Of a stretch of 64,000 nucleotides of DNA, positions 12,047 to 23,665 are shown one piece after another. Source of the DNA: Vicugna vicugna (lineage: Eukaryota); the NCBI GenBank assembly GCA_013265495.1, contig MU058844.1, positions 7,501,260 to 7,565,259 of the forward strand, in the 5' to 3' direction. Each line of letters starts with the position of its first letter. Position 1 is the stretch's first letter. Made by a program: the position numbers and the translations under genes. Under the pieces are notes generated by a model that saw only the letters and a list, made by a program, of their open reading frames with translations, had not been told where the DNA came from and ran no database searches.

Positions 12047-12903
12047 GTAAAGGACTCAGAAATATAAAGGCTATGTGAATATAACCAATTAGTGCAAGCT
12101 GAACTAAATACACAATTTCAACTGTTATATGGATCTTTTGTTAGTTCATTATAAATGACACAAATGGGTTCATAATTTTTTTTTCTAGCTTTTAATCTCA
12201 GTTCTAATTAGGCTATTTTTTTCTGTACTTTCACTTTTCTAAGTTTCTATGGTACACTCAGATTTTTAAAATAATTTCTCAGAGACCAGATATTAAAAGT
12301 ACTTTTCAGCTTTTGCCATGAAAGTGTCTCTATTTTATTTGAATTGTTTTCTCTTAGTCACTGCACATCTTTGTTCACTGAATATCTTATAATGAGTTAA
12401 GTTCCCTCTGGTTTCATTTTGCAGGTTGGTTAGACATCTGTGTTCAAGTTCAGACTTTCTCTTGACCATTTGTTTCCCTAAATGATAAGTTTCAGGTTAC
12501 TGAGTCTTCTGTAGTGTACCACTGTGGTCCCATGGTCAAAAGGTAGTGGTTTCGCTACTCACATCCTTCTGGTATTGGTTTGTTAAATGATATGGTCGCA
12601 TTGTCCAGCTCCTTTTCAGTGGCCATAATAGATGATGGTAATACTTGTCCTCACGTTGTGCTAAATGCTTTTTAGCTGGACTGGACTAGGTCACATTTTT
12701 TTAGGTGTTTCTTCTTGTATCACTAGCTAACTACCCTGTATTTCTCCAAGAACATTATCCTTGTGATTTGCAACTGCCAACAAGACTCCTACAAGAAAGG
12801 TAAATGTCTTAGAAAATATTGTTTTGTTGTAACAGTCATTAGTTTCTTCTGCTATCTTCTCTTAAAATTCTATCCCAGCTATGCCTGGCTGAAACGCCAC
12901 CAG

Positions 12904-13068
12904 TGTGGTGGGTTGAATTGCGTACCCCCAAAATTCATATGTTAAGGTCTTAATCCTCAGTATTTCAGAATGTGACTTTATTTGGAAACCGGGTCATTGC
13001 AGACGTACTTAGTTAAGATTAGGTCATAAGGAGTAAGACGAGTCACTAATCCAGTATGACTGGTGCTC
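12904..13068 (+). mobile_element. MaLR MLT1B/C-like LTR, 5' fragment
   Basis: TGTGGTGGGTTGAATTGCGTACCCCCAAAATTCATATGTT..CAGAATGTGACTTTATTTGGAAA..CTAATCCAGTATGACTGGTG. Confidence 0.85.
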
Positions 13069-13314
13069 TGGACAACTCCTAATGCTTTAGACTCTGGGAT
13101 ATGGTATGGAACCCAGGAATATGACATGTTATTGCCTATTTTCTACTTTACAATTTCTAGAGAACAACAGTATATGCCTTTCTTCTCCTTTCCTTGTCAC
13201 TGACCACAATAATTAGCCATCATATATTAGGTAAAGTTAAGCCTCTCTAATTTCACAAATGAGATGCCTAAATTAGATTTCAGTTTAATTAACTTCAACT
13301 GTAACAAATCCCTC

Positions 13315-14054
13315 TTTTTTTAGGGGTTTTAAAAATTGTTTTATTTGGGAAAAGTTCTTCTTACAAAAGGGCAGCTACAAAACACAGAGGCCTCTGCAAC
13401 AATTACTTGTTTTTTCTTAAAGTGAAAGAATGGGTGGGATGCAAGGAGTCAAAGCAGTAGGTGGAACAATCAGGAGCATCCCCAAGTTATTTTCAGGAAA
13501 TAGAGCAACAAGACACACACACAAAACCCTCTTTCTGGCCTTTAAGGGAACAAAATCATTCTAGGAGGAACTGACTTTGAGTTACAAAACATTCTACTTG
13601 GTCTTCTCCAGGAACCCTAATCTCACCATCTTTTTAAAATGCAAATTTTGAGAAAGGGGCAAGCCACAGCCAACTAGAAGCTGTCCTGCCCGTGGGGATC
13701 GTTACAAAGTTTAATTCCAGTTGTTAGGTTTATGGTCGACTACTTATGTCCAGTACCCTGAGAGAACAAAAGCATTCCTAGGAGAAAAGAGACAAAAGGC
13801 AAGCCAGATATGTGGCAACCACCATTGCTCTTTCTGTACCTGGGCCAGAGGTGTAGTTCCAGAAATATCCAAAGCCCACCAATCCTTTTACCACTTCCCA
13901 AACGTCCCCTGCTTACCTTAAGAGACTAGTAAGTATCTTAAAAAAAGAAAAAGAAAAAATTTTTAAAAACCCCAAAACAACAAAAACAACTTTCTAAGCC
14001 CAAGGGAACAAAGTCATTCTAGGAGGAACTTGCCTCCCCTGTCCTTTGCCTCAG
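13315..14054 (-). pseudogene. 5'-truncated processed retrocopy of an mRNA 3'UTR (non-coding portion only)
   Basis: Minus-strand AATAAA (TTTATT at 13340-13345) lies ~19 nt from a T-run at 13315-13321. Flanking TSD ACAAATCCCTCTTT (13304-13317) / ACAAATTCCTTTTT (14055-14068), 12/14 identical, followed by AA (L1 EN TTTT/AA site). The body does not resemble a repeat I recognise. Parent gene unverified. Confidence 0.7.
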
Positions 14055-14109
14055 ACAAATTCCTTTTTAAATGTGATATTTTTACTTCAAATGTGTACTA
14101 TCATAGACT

Positions 14110-14315
14110 ATCAATTTTTGAACTGTGTTTTAAAGAAACTTAGAGATTCTGGAAAGTTCTATTTAGGAATCAAAAATGAAGGAGATTGAGTCCTACATCT
14201 CCCCAGTACCTTAATAGGAGCAGTCCCAATTTTACCTATTTTCTTAGTTTTTGCTCTGTGCTAAGATTTCATCTGAAAGATGTTATCTGATGCTAAGACA
14301 CTTGAAAACTAATGA
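14110..14315. mobile_element. hAT-Charlie MITE (MER103-like)
   Basis: GAGCAGTCCCAATTTTACCTATTTT..TAAGATTTCATCTGAAAG..TGCTAAGACACTTGAAAACTAATG resembles the MER103 end. Confidence 0.45.
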
Positions 14316-15854
14316 TTGTGTCCTTTACAGTGTATAAATAGCATAAAGGATAAATTTTAAAACAACACACATCACACTTTCCTGGATTTTTATGTTAATT
14401 TATGGGCTTTAAGAGATAATAGGATTATGGGGACCTCAAATGCAACATCAAATGCAAATGCCTACCAACATCAAGTGCAAATATCTACCAGAGGAGGAAA
14501 TAGCCGGAAATTTTAGCTATCTTGTTCAAGGTTTCAGAGTGAATTAGGGATAAATTAAAGATTAGGACCCAAATTTTCTGATGATGATCTTTTCAAAATA
14601 CAATAGCATTTCCATCTATAGGAATCATTGTTTCCTAAATAATTAGCTGATCTTTGGTCAGTACCAGTTTTATTACTTTCCATGTTTACTTTTACAGAAG
14701 AAACTTTTTAAGCAAAATATTTGTGATTGAGTTTCTTTATTTTGACTTAACGGGAGAAAATGTTGTTTGGAATGATTTTTTGTGATACACCTTAAATAAA
14801 AATAAGCACTCTAGTCTTCTATTGAACATATTACATTTGTATATATTCTCAGTTATCCAGATCTTTATAAATGTGCATTTCCCTCCAGCTATGAAGTAGA
14901 AGGGATTTATTATTTTAAATCCAGGGACTTATTTAAATTTCTAAATTAATTCATCACTTTTATTTGGCAGAGCTAAAAACTGGCTTTACGTAGTGATCCG
15001 AGAAAAATTGTGATGTTCTTCAGTTGCCAAATTCCTTAACAAAATATACTTAAAATCAAATACTTGCTAGAGCCACTTGAAGTCAAAAGGTAGATACTAC
15101 GAAATGATCCAGAGCTTCACTCAATGAATATTCCAGCTTTTATGTCTGGGGAAAGGGATAAAATGAGTAGTTGTACGGCCATCACAGTACATTAAAGGAA
15201 AGCAACTAGAGAATTAAAAGATTTTGATTACAAGTATAGAAATTATATAATATAAAAAGTCAGATGACTTTTAAATAAGTTCTTGTCTGGGCTTTACATC
15301 CTGCTTATATTTAAATAATCTAGGCCAAATATAACAATGGCCTGTTAAACACAATCCTCAAAATTTTTTGGATTTGGTTTCCTGAGTGTGTGATGCAACC
15401 TTTTTGCCATCTGGCATTTCATTTGGGATCATAGCCTTTGCTTAAAGAGGAGAAATATCACAAACTAAAATTATAGTTAATATAGGGTAAACTATAGTAA
15501 CATCTGTGCACATGACAACTTCTATTTGGTTGTATCAAAAGTTCTTTGGAATCCTAATGATAATTTGGAAATTTTACTACTTTCAGGGCTAAAATAACAT
15601 TTTCCAAGCAAATTGGTTTTCTCATTTAAATCCTCTGATTTCAGTAGAGTATATGAGCAATCATCTACAGGTTGATTTTGAAAATGCTCTTTGATTATTG
15701 CCAATTCTGTTTAATCTTGAATTTAAGAATTTAAAAAATAAATGGCTGTTTGCACTCATCCCCATTACCAAATACCCTGAGTATTTTCTCATCAAACTGG
15801 CATAAACATGTCTTACCTCACTACTTCTGAATTTATGTATTATACTATTTCATG

Positions 15855-16582
15855 TCACTTTTTTATTTATTCATGTAGCAGACATTTAAAATGCACAAAT
15901 CATAAGTATATATCTTGACAAATTTTCACAAAGTGAATATACTAGTGTAATCATATTACAAAACAAACTTTTAATTTTACTGTTTTCATACTAAGAAATA
16001 GAACTTTAAGTGCTTCATAGGAATTCTTATGCTCTACACCAGTAACTATTCCCCTCCTTCACAAAGATGACCACTATCACTTAATCATTAGCTGCTTTGT
16101 TTTAGAGCTCTATATAAATGGAATTGTAAAATAGGCAGTATTTTGAATCCAGCAACTTTCACCCAATACTGTATTTGTGAGTTTCCTTCATGTTATTGTG
16201 TATAGCAGTAATTAATTTTGTATAGTATTCCATGGTATGAATGTAAAACATTTAATTTTTGATGTACACTCTGATTGCTTCCAGACGATTACAAATGAGA
16301 CTGACTAAAACCCATCATCCATGTGTTTGTTGACATATATATGCATTTCTGTTAGTAATATACCTCACAGTAGAGTTCTTTAGAGGTTCTACATCTGTCC
16401 AGAAAATTGATTTTCTGAATTCTTTGAAAGAGTTTCAACTTACTTTCAAATATGGTTGCATGATGTACTGTCCCATCAGTAGTGTGTGAGGGTTCCAGTG
16501 GCTCCACATCCACATGAATACTTGATAATATCAGTTGTGTAAATATCGTTCTTTCTGGTGCATGTGTTGTGATATCACTTTG
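15855..16582 (-). mobile_element. Old L1 (L1ME/L1MD-type) 3' end
   Basis: AAATGCACAAATC..AATTTTCACAAAGTGAA, TATATAAATGGAAT, TGTATAGTATTCCATGGTATGAAT, CCCATCAGTAGTGTGTGAGGGTTCCAGTGGCTCCACATCC. Confidence 0.85.
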
Positions 16583-17088
16583 GAAAGAATCTTCTTGTGG
16601 AGACCATCTTCTCAGCTGCTGCACTGTGATATTAATTTTCTTATGTTCAGCACATATCAGGATCTGTAACTTTACTACTTTCACTTCTAATCCACAGAAG
16701 CAAAGAAGCCTGATTAAAATAAAGGCAAGGAAGTTGGCAGATGTGCTTGCTATATGATACATATATTGATTCTTGCTGTCATTTTGTGATTTCCAAAATT
16801 CAAACTTGTAGTTAAAAATCTGGATTCTCTTCATATTTATGAGACTTTGGCAAACCACTATGTACCACTCAATGGACATGTTGAAATATCACTTATCTTA
16901 ATAACAAAAGGAAATTACTGTTTTCTATTTCTGCTATTCTTAATGTTTTTACTTATTTTCCATTCACTGTTTTTCTTATAAAAGAAGTTGTCTTTCCTTC
17001 TTCAACATTCATCCACTCCTGGACACAATGTAATCTGGTTTATATCATAATCACTTCCTAGAACTCCATTCAGCTATGTCAGGAATGA

Positions 17089-17587
17089 TGTGGTAGGTAG
17101 AATATAATGGCCCCCCAAATGTCCACATCTTAACCCTTAGAACTTGTCAATATGTTATGTGACATAGAAAGAGGGAATTAAAGTTGCAGATGAAATTATG
17201 TTTGCTAATCAGCTGACCTGAAAATAAGAGATCATCCTGCATTACCTGGGTGGAGCCAGTGTAATCACAAGGATCCTCAAAGGGGAGAAGGATTAGAACT
17301 AGAGAGATGACATCATAAGCAAACTTGACTGGCCATTACTGGCTTTGAAGATGGAGGAAGGCTGCAAGCCAAGGAATGCAGGCAATCTCTAAAAGCTGGT
17401 TAAACGCAAGAAAATTAAATTTCCTTTACAGCCTCCAGAAAGGAATGCAGCTCTATCAACACCTTAATGTTAGTCCAGCAGAACTGCTTTTGGACTTCTG
17501 ATCTCCAGAAATGTAGGATAATAAATTTATGTTGTTCTAAGTGACTCTATTTCTGAGGAATTACTATTGCAATAGAAAGCCAATATA
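17089..17587 (+). mobile_element. MaLR MLT1D-like LTR, full length
   Basis: TGTGGTAGG..AATGGCCCCCCAAATGTCCACATC..GCTAATCAGCTGACC..GGCTTTGAAGATGGAGGAAGG..CAGCCTCCAGAAAGGAATGCAG..AATAAATTTATGTTG. Confidence 0.9.
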
Positions 17588-17780
17588 AATCTTGGTTTCT
17601 GAAAGTGGGGAGCTTCTGTAACAAATACCCAAAAATGTGGAAGTGATTTTTGGATTACACAGTTGGCTCTTGAATTTTGAGGAGCATGAGAGAAAAAGCC
17701 TAAATTGTCTTGAACAGACCATTATGAGAAATATGGATGTTCATGGCTCTGCTAGTGGTGACTCAAAGAAGTGAGAAAAT
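17588..17780 (+). mobile_element. MLT1 internal sequence, 5' start
   Basis: Directly follows the LTR: TTGGTTTCTGAAAGTGGGG..TGTAACAAATACCCAAAAATGTGGAAGTG..TTTTGAGGAGCATGAGAGAAAAAGCCTA. Confidence 0.8.
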
Positions 17781-18329
17781 TTTATATTCTTCTATTTTCT
17801 ACAGCAGAATTTGGTCATCTTAAGCACTCTTACTCCTGAAAATCTTTATTCCTTTAATATCTCTATGGTTTTTTTTTTCATATTTCTTCTTGAAATCTGA
17901 CTATGCCTTTTCTATTTTCTCTTTGTTCAATTCTTTGTATATGGGCACACCTGTATCTTTTGTAAATCTACAGAATCTACATAAATCCCTAAATAATAGT
18001 ATCTGTGTTGAATGACTTCATCTGCTCCTACACAGAATTGATTCACAAATATTTATCTCCAATAGAGATCTCCTCATTGAATTCCTGATTAAAAATCCAA
18101 TTGCCTAATGAGCAAATTTAATATGATATCCCTCAGGTAATTCTAAATGTTGAACATTGGCCTTATTGTTATCTTTCAAATCTGCCTCCCCTTTCAGTCC
18201 CTCTCTAAGTTGGTGCTACTATCATCAGTCCAATTGAAGGAACAAGAAATCTTCAACTCATTCTTCTATGTCTTTCTTTATATCCTCCAAAGCATCAGAT
18301 TCTGCTTTTTAATTTCCTAATATTTAGTG

Positions 18330-18547
18330 ATGTGCCAAGTACAAGTTTTCAAAGAAAAACACATATATTAATTAGTTTAATTCTAATAACAATCATATGA
18401 GGTGTGTTCTATTACCATCCTAGTTTTACAAATAATCTGAGACAAAGTAAGATATTAATCAAGGCCATGCAGGAGTGAGTAGACAAGATGGGACTGGGAG
18501 GCAAGGAGCTTGGCTTAGGGCCTTTGATTAAACAATTATTCTGTACT
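18330..18547 (-). mobile_element. MIR SINE
   Basis: TGTGCCAAGTAC..TTTAATTCTAATAACAATCATATGAGGTG..CTATTACCATCC..TTTACAAAT..CAAGGCCATGCAG. Confidence 0.7.
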
Positions 18548-18769
18548 GTTGTCTCTTGAATTCACCATTTATTTCACTCAGAAAATAGTTTCTTGCTTTT
18601 CTCATCTGAAATTTTTATTTGTTTTCTTTCTGCCCTTATTTCTATCTTTCTCTCTCTTCTTTTCTCCTCCATGTCCTTCACTCTCCACATTCTGGTCCAA
18701 ACTTGGCATTTTAAATTTTTTTTATTTTAGTCAGTGTGTGTGTTTTACAGTAGTTTAACATTTTTGAGG

Positions 18770-18963
18770 CTTCTTCTACCATGTTGATCCAATTTCTGTT
18801 TTTTTGTTTTGTTTGCTTGCTTGTTTTCTGCCATTATGTTTATGTCACATTACCCACCGTGGGTTAATACACTTATAAAAATTCTTTACTGTTATTTATT
18901 GGGGTTTTAGCAAGGGATGGAGTTAAATGTAAGTGTACAACCCAGTATCTTTCACTAGAAGTC
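18770..18963 (-). mobile_element. Old L1M 5' end fragment
   Basis: AAAAATTCTTTACTGTTATTT..GGGGTTTTAGCAAGGGATGGAG..ATCTTTCACTAGAAGTC resembles antisense L1M 5' termini. Confidence 0.5.
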
Positions 18964-20247
18964 CATTAAAACATTTTCAGTAAAAAGGCAATAAAAATGC
19001 ATTTACTGTAAAAACAATTCAAGTATTATTCTTATATGGAATAATTTTTTTCAAATGACATGCTTAGTTACTATACCTTTCCTTTCTTGCTCTAGCAGAT
19101 CCACTAAAGTAGGTAGAAGTAGTTTAAATTACTGTATCTTAGAGACTTTATATTATTTTAAACATAGTCTGTGTGGGGTTTTTTCATGAATAGGTTCATT
19201 AAAATTATAATATTTTAAATTTAGGAAATCTAGAACTTGATGGTTCCATGTCTTTGCTGCTGACTTTAACATACCTACAATGCAATCAAGTCCTTCAGGT
19301 TTACTTCTCTGATCATACAGATGGCAGTATATTGAGTAAGTAACAAAAACAAAACAATTTTTTGATCTATGAAATTCCAGTTAAATCAGCTCTGACTTTA
19401 GAGTATACTTTTGAAGATCGTAATGTATAACAATTTATGACCATTTTAATTTTAAAAAGTATGATCTTTATTGTGACAATAAAATTTTCCATTGAGTGAA
19501 CAAAGCAATCAGGTAATTGCCATGGTAAACAAATCATCCTGACATTTTAATAAAACTCAATTTTAAGCACTTCCTAGTTACATTCTTTAAAGATGCCCTA
19601 AATTCCATCTAGCCATGTAGTTTTTCTTATTCATGAGCACATAGAAAATGCATGGTCTGTTTTTATAGTAGACCTTCTGTAGCAGATAGCTTTAATGGGG
19701 AATATAATTATTTTTAGGGGGCTGAGGTAAGGTATTGAAGCCCAGATCCTACTCCTTATTCTCCTTCCAAATTTCTCTGAGTCAACAGACAAACAAAATA
19801 TCAAATAAGATAATATTTTTATAAACCACCAAGCAGTTTCCCAATATCCAGAATTACAAGTACAGACTTTCCCTGATACCTGTAGGGTATACAGTTCTTG
19901 TAAAAGACCTAGGCAGGGTTTCCTAATTTATACTGATTTAAAATGAGAAAAGAAAAATGCATCTGAAAGGCAGACTTCAGTTGATTTTTCTGAGGAGCGA
20001 AATGAACAAGTATGACCAGACTTCTTTAAGGGATACGATGTCTGCGTATATAGGGGGGAAGGAAAAAAAGAACACAGAATGCATGAACACTGGCTTTGAC
20101 TAGAGTGATAGGGCTTACTAATAAAACACAGAATCATGAATACACTGAAACTGAGGATAGACGAATTCATTAATTTATTTCCTGGGGGATAGCAATGCAT
20201 AAAATATCAAAAGTTCTTTCAAATATTTCTTCCAAATAAAAAGAGAG

Positions 20248-20641
20248 TGTATTAATTTTCTAGGGCTGCCATGGGAAAATACCAGAGATTGAGTGGCTTA
20301 AACAACATACATCTATTATATCATAGTTCCGGAGGCTGGAAGCCCAAGACTGAGATGTTGGCAGGTTTAGTTGCTCCTGAGGCTTCTCTACTTGGTTTGA
20401 AGATCACTGTCTTCTCTTTCTGTCCACAAATAGCCTTTTCTCTGTGGACATCCCTGTATCTCTGTATCTTTTTATAAGGACACCAGCCATACTGGATTAA
20501 GGCCCATCCAACTGAGGTCATTCAACCTTAATTACCTCTTTAAAGGCTCTATCTCCAAATGCAGTCATATTATAAAGTACTGTGGGGGATAGGACTTCAA
20601 CACATGAATTTCGGGGAAGGGCAACACAATGTAGTCCATGA
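20248..20641 (-). mobile_element. MaLR MLT1B-like solo LTR
   Basis: TGTATTAATTTTCTAGGGCTGCC..GTGGCTTAAACAACA..GGAGGCTGGAAG..TATAAGGACACCAGCCATACTGGATTAAGGCCCA..AGGACTTCAACACATGAATTT. Confidence 0.9.
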
Positions 20642-21306
20642 AGGGAAGAATTATGGATAGATGCTTTTTATTTATGTAAGACAGACATGACCCATTCTCC
20701 TATAAGCTAATATATACAATACTAATTTGAATACATGCCTCTGTTGTATCAGTGGATACATGCAATGTGTTCAATTAGTTGTATTCCATTTATCAATAAA
20801 TCACTGTGAAAGGGAAAGCAAAGCATAATCAATCTTTGGCTAGTGAAATTTCTTCCAATAATCTTAAACTGTTGGGGTGGACAAGAAGTTAGAAATATGA
20901 TTCCTGTAGGGCAGAAATAAGTGTGTACTTAATCTTTTAACCCAGACAGAACACTTTGTCTAATACATATTAGATACTAATAGGTATTCTTTTTTGGTTG
21001 AAGGTGTAATGAAATGGGAAAAAGGTAGAAAAACCCAAGTGGTATAGTAAAACTCTTATTTATTCTATTTAGAATCTACCGAATATCCCATAGGCACTTC
21101 AGACTCATCAGTTTCCACCTATACCATGGTTCCTCTTTCTAAATTTGATTTCTCAGGGAACATGGTTCTCCCGCCATCATACCTGTCAGCTACTTAGGAA
21201 CCATTGTTAACTTCTCACACTCACAGTTCCATTCATGAAGCCCTTTAAATTCCACCTCCAAAACACTGTCATGCATATGTTTATCTCCAAGCCCAGTGTC
21301 ACTGTT

Positions 21307-21372
21307 TGTGTATATATGTGTGTTTGTGTGTGTGTGTGTATGTGTGTATGTGTATATATATATATATATATA
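21307..21372. repeat. Compound (TG)n/(TA)n microsatellite
   Basis: Read directly. Confidence 0.95.
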
Positions 21373-21516
21373 TGCATATATTTATCCAGATTTACTGTAT
21401 TATTTACCTAGCTATTATACTAACCTCTGTCTCTGCTCCCCTTATACCAACTTCCCAATCTGTTTCCAGTGAGATCTTTGTCAAATAGAAATTTGATACC
21501 ACCAAGAATTAACTTT

Positions 21517-21550
21517 TCTTGAGGACATACATATCTTGAGGACATACATA
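21517..21550. repeat. Perfect 17-bp x2 tandem duplication
   Basis: TCTTGAGGACATACATA at 21517-21533 and 21534-21550. Confidence 0.95.
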
Positions 21551-22344
21551 ACTTGTCACCTAGCTCCTGTTTATATTTCTGACCCTTGTCATGGTTGAAC
21601 GTCTTACCATGCATGTATTAAAGTTATAATAAAATATTTTATAGATTGGACCCTTAGGTTTTTATATATTAACCCCTCTGTCAGGAAATATACTTATTTT
21701 CCCTCTTGTCTATCTTTTCCTTGTCCTTCAGAATGAAACAGTTTCCTCCTTACAAGAAATTGTTCCCATAACTAACCTTCCCTTTAGGACTTAAATATTT
21801 GCCTACTTTACTCTTATAGGAGCCCTATGTATTTAGCTCTACTGGATTAACATTGTACAATAACTGTTAGCTAGCTTGTCTGAATCCCCATCTAGAAAAT
21901 ATATTCCTTGAGCTCAGGGTTAATCCTTGCTGTTTTTGTTTACATTGCTGTTTGTCTTTTTTGTCTTTTTAAGAAATAAATAGAAACTGAATAAGAGCAA
22001 TATGTATTTGATAAGACAACACTCGGAAAACTTGCTGCTTCTAACAAAATAAATTTTAGTTCTATTGCATGATACAAGCTTATATTTCTAGATTTCACAC
22101 TTCTAGACAAAGAGCATAGAAAATATTTCCTTTATTCTAAATGTGAAATAAACAGATCTTCCAAGGTGGAAAATGTAAACATATCCTTAGAGACAGAATT
22201 TTAAATGGAGAGAGGAATACTCATCAATTAGAAAGTTGCTTGGGTTGAACATAAATACATTATACGTAAGTGTATTGTGCATGAATGCATAGCAATGAAA
22301 CTTTTTTGGATTCTTACTATTTTAGTTATCAGTTTATTGGTGTC

Positions 22345-23030
22345 AATCACTTAAAATAACGATTTCCATTTATTAGCTGTCATAATTCTCTGGGGCTGAC
22401 TGGGCTTAGATGGACTAATCTTGTTTGTTCCATGTCCCCAGATTTATACTTGTTTGACTTACAACTTTTTGACTTCAAGATGGTGGGAAAGAAATACACA
22501 TTCAGTAGAAACTGTACTTCAAATTTTGAATTCTTATATAGGGAACGTACTTGTCTCACAATACTGAGTAGAAGCAGCAAGCCACAGCTTTAGTCAAGCA
22601 GGCAGTCGTGAGGGAAAAAAAAGAACCCACACTTGGTGATGTTAATGGTGGTACTCATACAACCATTCTGTTTCTCACTTTCAGTCTAGTACTCAACAAA
22701 TCACATGAAATACTGAACACTTCATTATGAAGTAGGCTTTGTGTTAGATAGTTTTGCCCAACTGTAGGCTAATGTATGTGTCCTTAGCACATTTAAGTTC
22801 GGCTGTGCTACACCATGATGTTCAGTAGACTGGGTGAATTAAATGCATTTTCAGTTGACTATATTTTCAACTTGTGATGTGTTTATCAGGATGCAGTCTC
22901 ATTGTAAGTCCAGGAAGAGCTCTCCTGCCACCTGGACTGCTTTCATTTAGTGGCTTAACCAGGGTAGGACATTCAACATGACTTACTCATGTAAGTCACA
23001 ATTAGTGCTGGTGTTGCCTGTGGGTTCTGG
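22345..23030 (-). mobile_element. Old MaLR LTR fragment split by a MER47 insertion
   Basis: CTTAAAATAAC..ATTTATTAGCTGTCATAATTCTCTGGGGCTGACTGGGCTTAGATGG before the insert. CATTCAACATGACTTACTCATG..GTGCTGGTGTTG after it. Confidence 0.55.
22430..22922. mobile_element. Tigger5/MER47-family DNA transposon
   Basis: ACATTCAGTAGAAACTGTACTTC, CATACAACCATTCTGTTT..CACTTTCAGT, TAGGCTTTGTGTTAGAT..TTTTGCCCAACTGTAGGCTAATGT, TTAAATGCATTTTC. Confidence 0.85.
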
Positions 23031-23079
23031 TACGGTTTCTTTGAGAGAGTTTGACTTGCACAGTTGGGTAAGATAGGTA

Positions 23080-23665
23080 AATGAGAAGTCTGGTTTAAAG
23101 AATTAGATCATAGAAAGCTTGAGTAGCACGTTCAGGAATTTGACTTGTAATAACTACTGGCAGGTTATAAAATACAGTGAGCAAAAGACTGATTTTTAAA
23201 ATGTCTTTATTTTTTATGAAGGTAGTTTTGGTGACTAGATAAAAGATACTTCGGGGTAGAAAGGGACCAATTTTGGGAGTTTACAAAAGACAGATATAGA
23301 ACAGTAACATTAGTGGGAGAGAAAAAAAAAAGAACATTTGAAAGGCATTTATCATATCAGATTACTAGGACTTCATTGACTGTCTCAGGGAGAAATGGGA
23401 GTGATCATGTTTTGAGAATGAGTTTGAAGGTTTAAGCTTGGGGAATTAGACAGTTCTGACATCATTCATAGAGAGAGAAAACAGAAAAAGGCATAAAATT
23501 TCCAAGGAAGGTAACGAGTCCAGTTTAGTTTTTACCAAATCTAAGGTAGCTTTGGGACATCTGGGTACTTTGAAATATGGCTCTCAGCATGAAAAGAAAA
23601 AGAGGGGTTAGAAATACAGAGTTTGCAATTATCAAGGAAGCACTTTGGAAAATAGCATTGCTCAG
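23080..23665 (-). mobile_element. L2 LINE fragment
   Basis: AGATCATAGAAAGCTTG..AGGAATTTGACTT, AGGACTTCATTGACTG, GAGTCCAGTTTAG..TTTGGGACATC, AGAAATACAGAGTTTG. Confidence 0.6.

Larger units (their letters stand above)
17000..18325 (+). mobile_element. L2 LINE RT/3' region, interrupted by MLT1D
   Basis: AATCTGGTTTATATCATAATCACTTCCTAGAAC (QSGF..HSTE-like) before the LTR. After it, CACAAATATTTATCTCCAA and AATCCAATTGCCTAATG..ATATCCCTCAGG. Confidence 0.6.
21080..21930 (+). mobile_element. L2 LINE 3' region, decayed
   Basis: ATATCCCATAGGCACTTCAGACTCA, TTCCACCTCCAAAACAC, and terminal GCTTGTCTGAATCCCCATCTAGA..TTCCTTGAGCTCAGGG. Confidence 0.6.

Noticed and set aside
12559..12690. Minus-strand exon-like segment with donor GTGAGT (CTACTCAC near 12555-12562)
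   Set aside because: No convincing polypyrimidine acceptor, and the open-frame peptides are unrecognisable.
14570..14657. ATGATGA...CTGA spacing suggestive of a C/D snoRNA
   Set aside because: The terminal stem is out of register, it adjoins a decayed MIR-like segment, and no guide sequence is evident.
16352..16879. Longest ORF in the track (175 aa, minus strand)
   Set aside because: Its C-terminal half is decayed L1 ORF2 sequence (DVEPLEPSHTTDGTV..) and it runs across the repeat boundary into unique DNA. It resembles no cellular protein I know.
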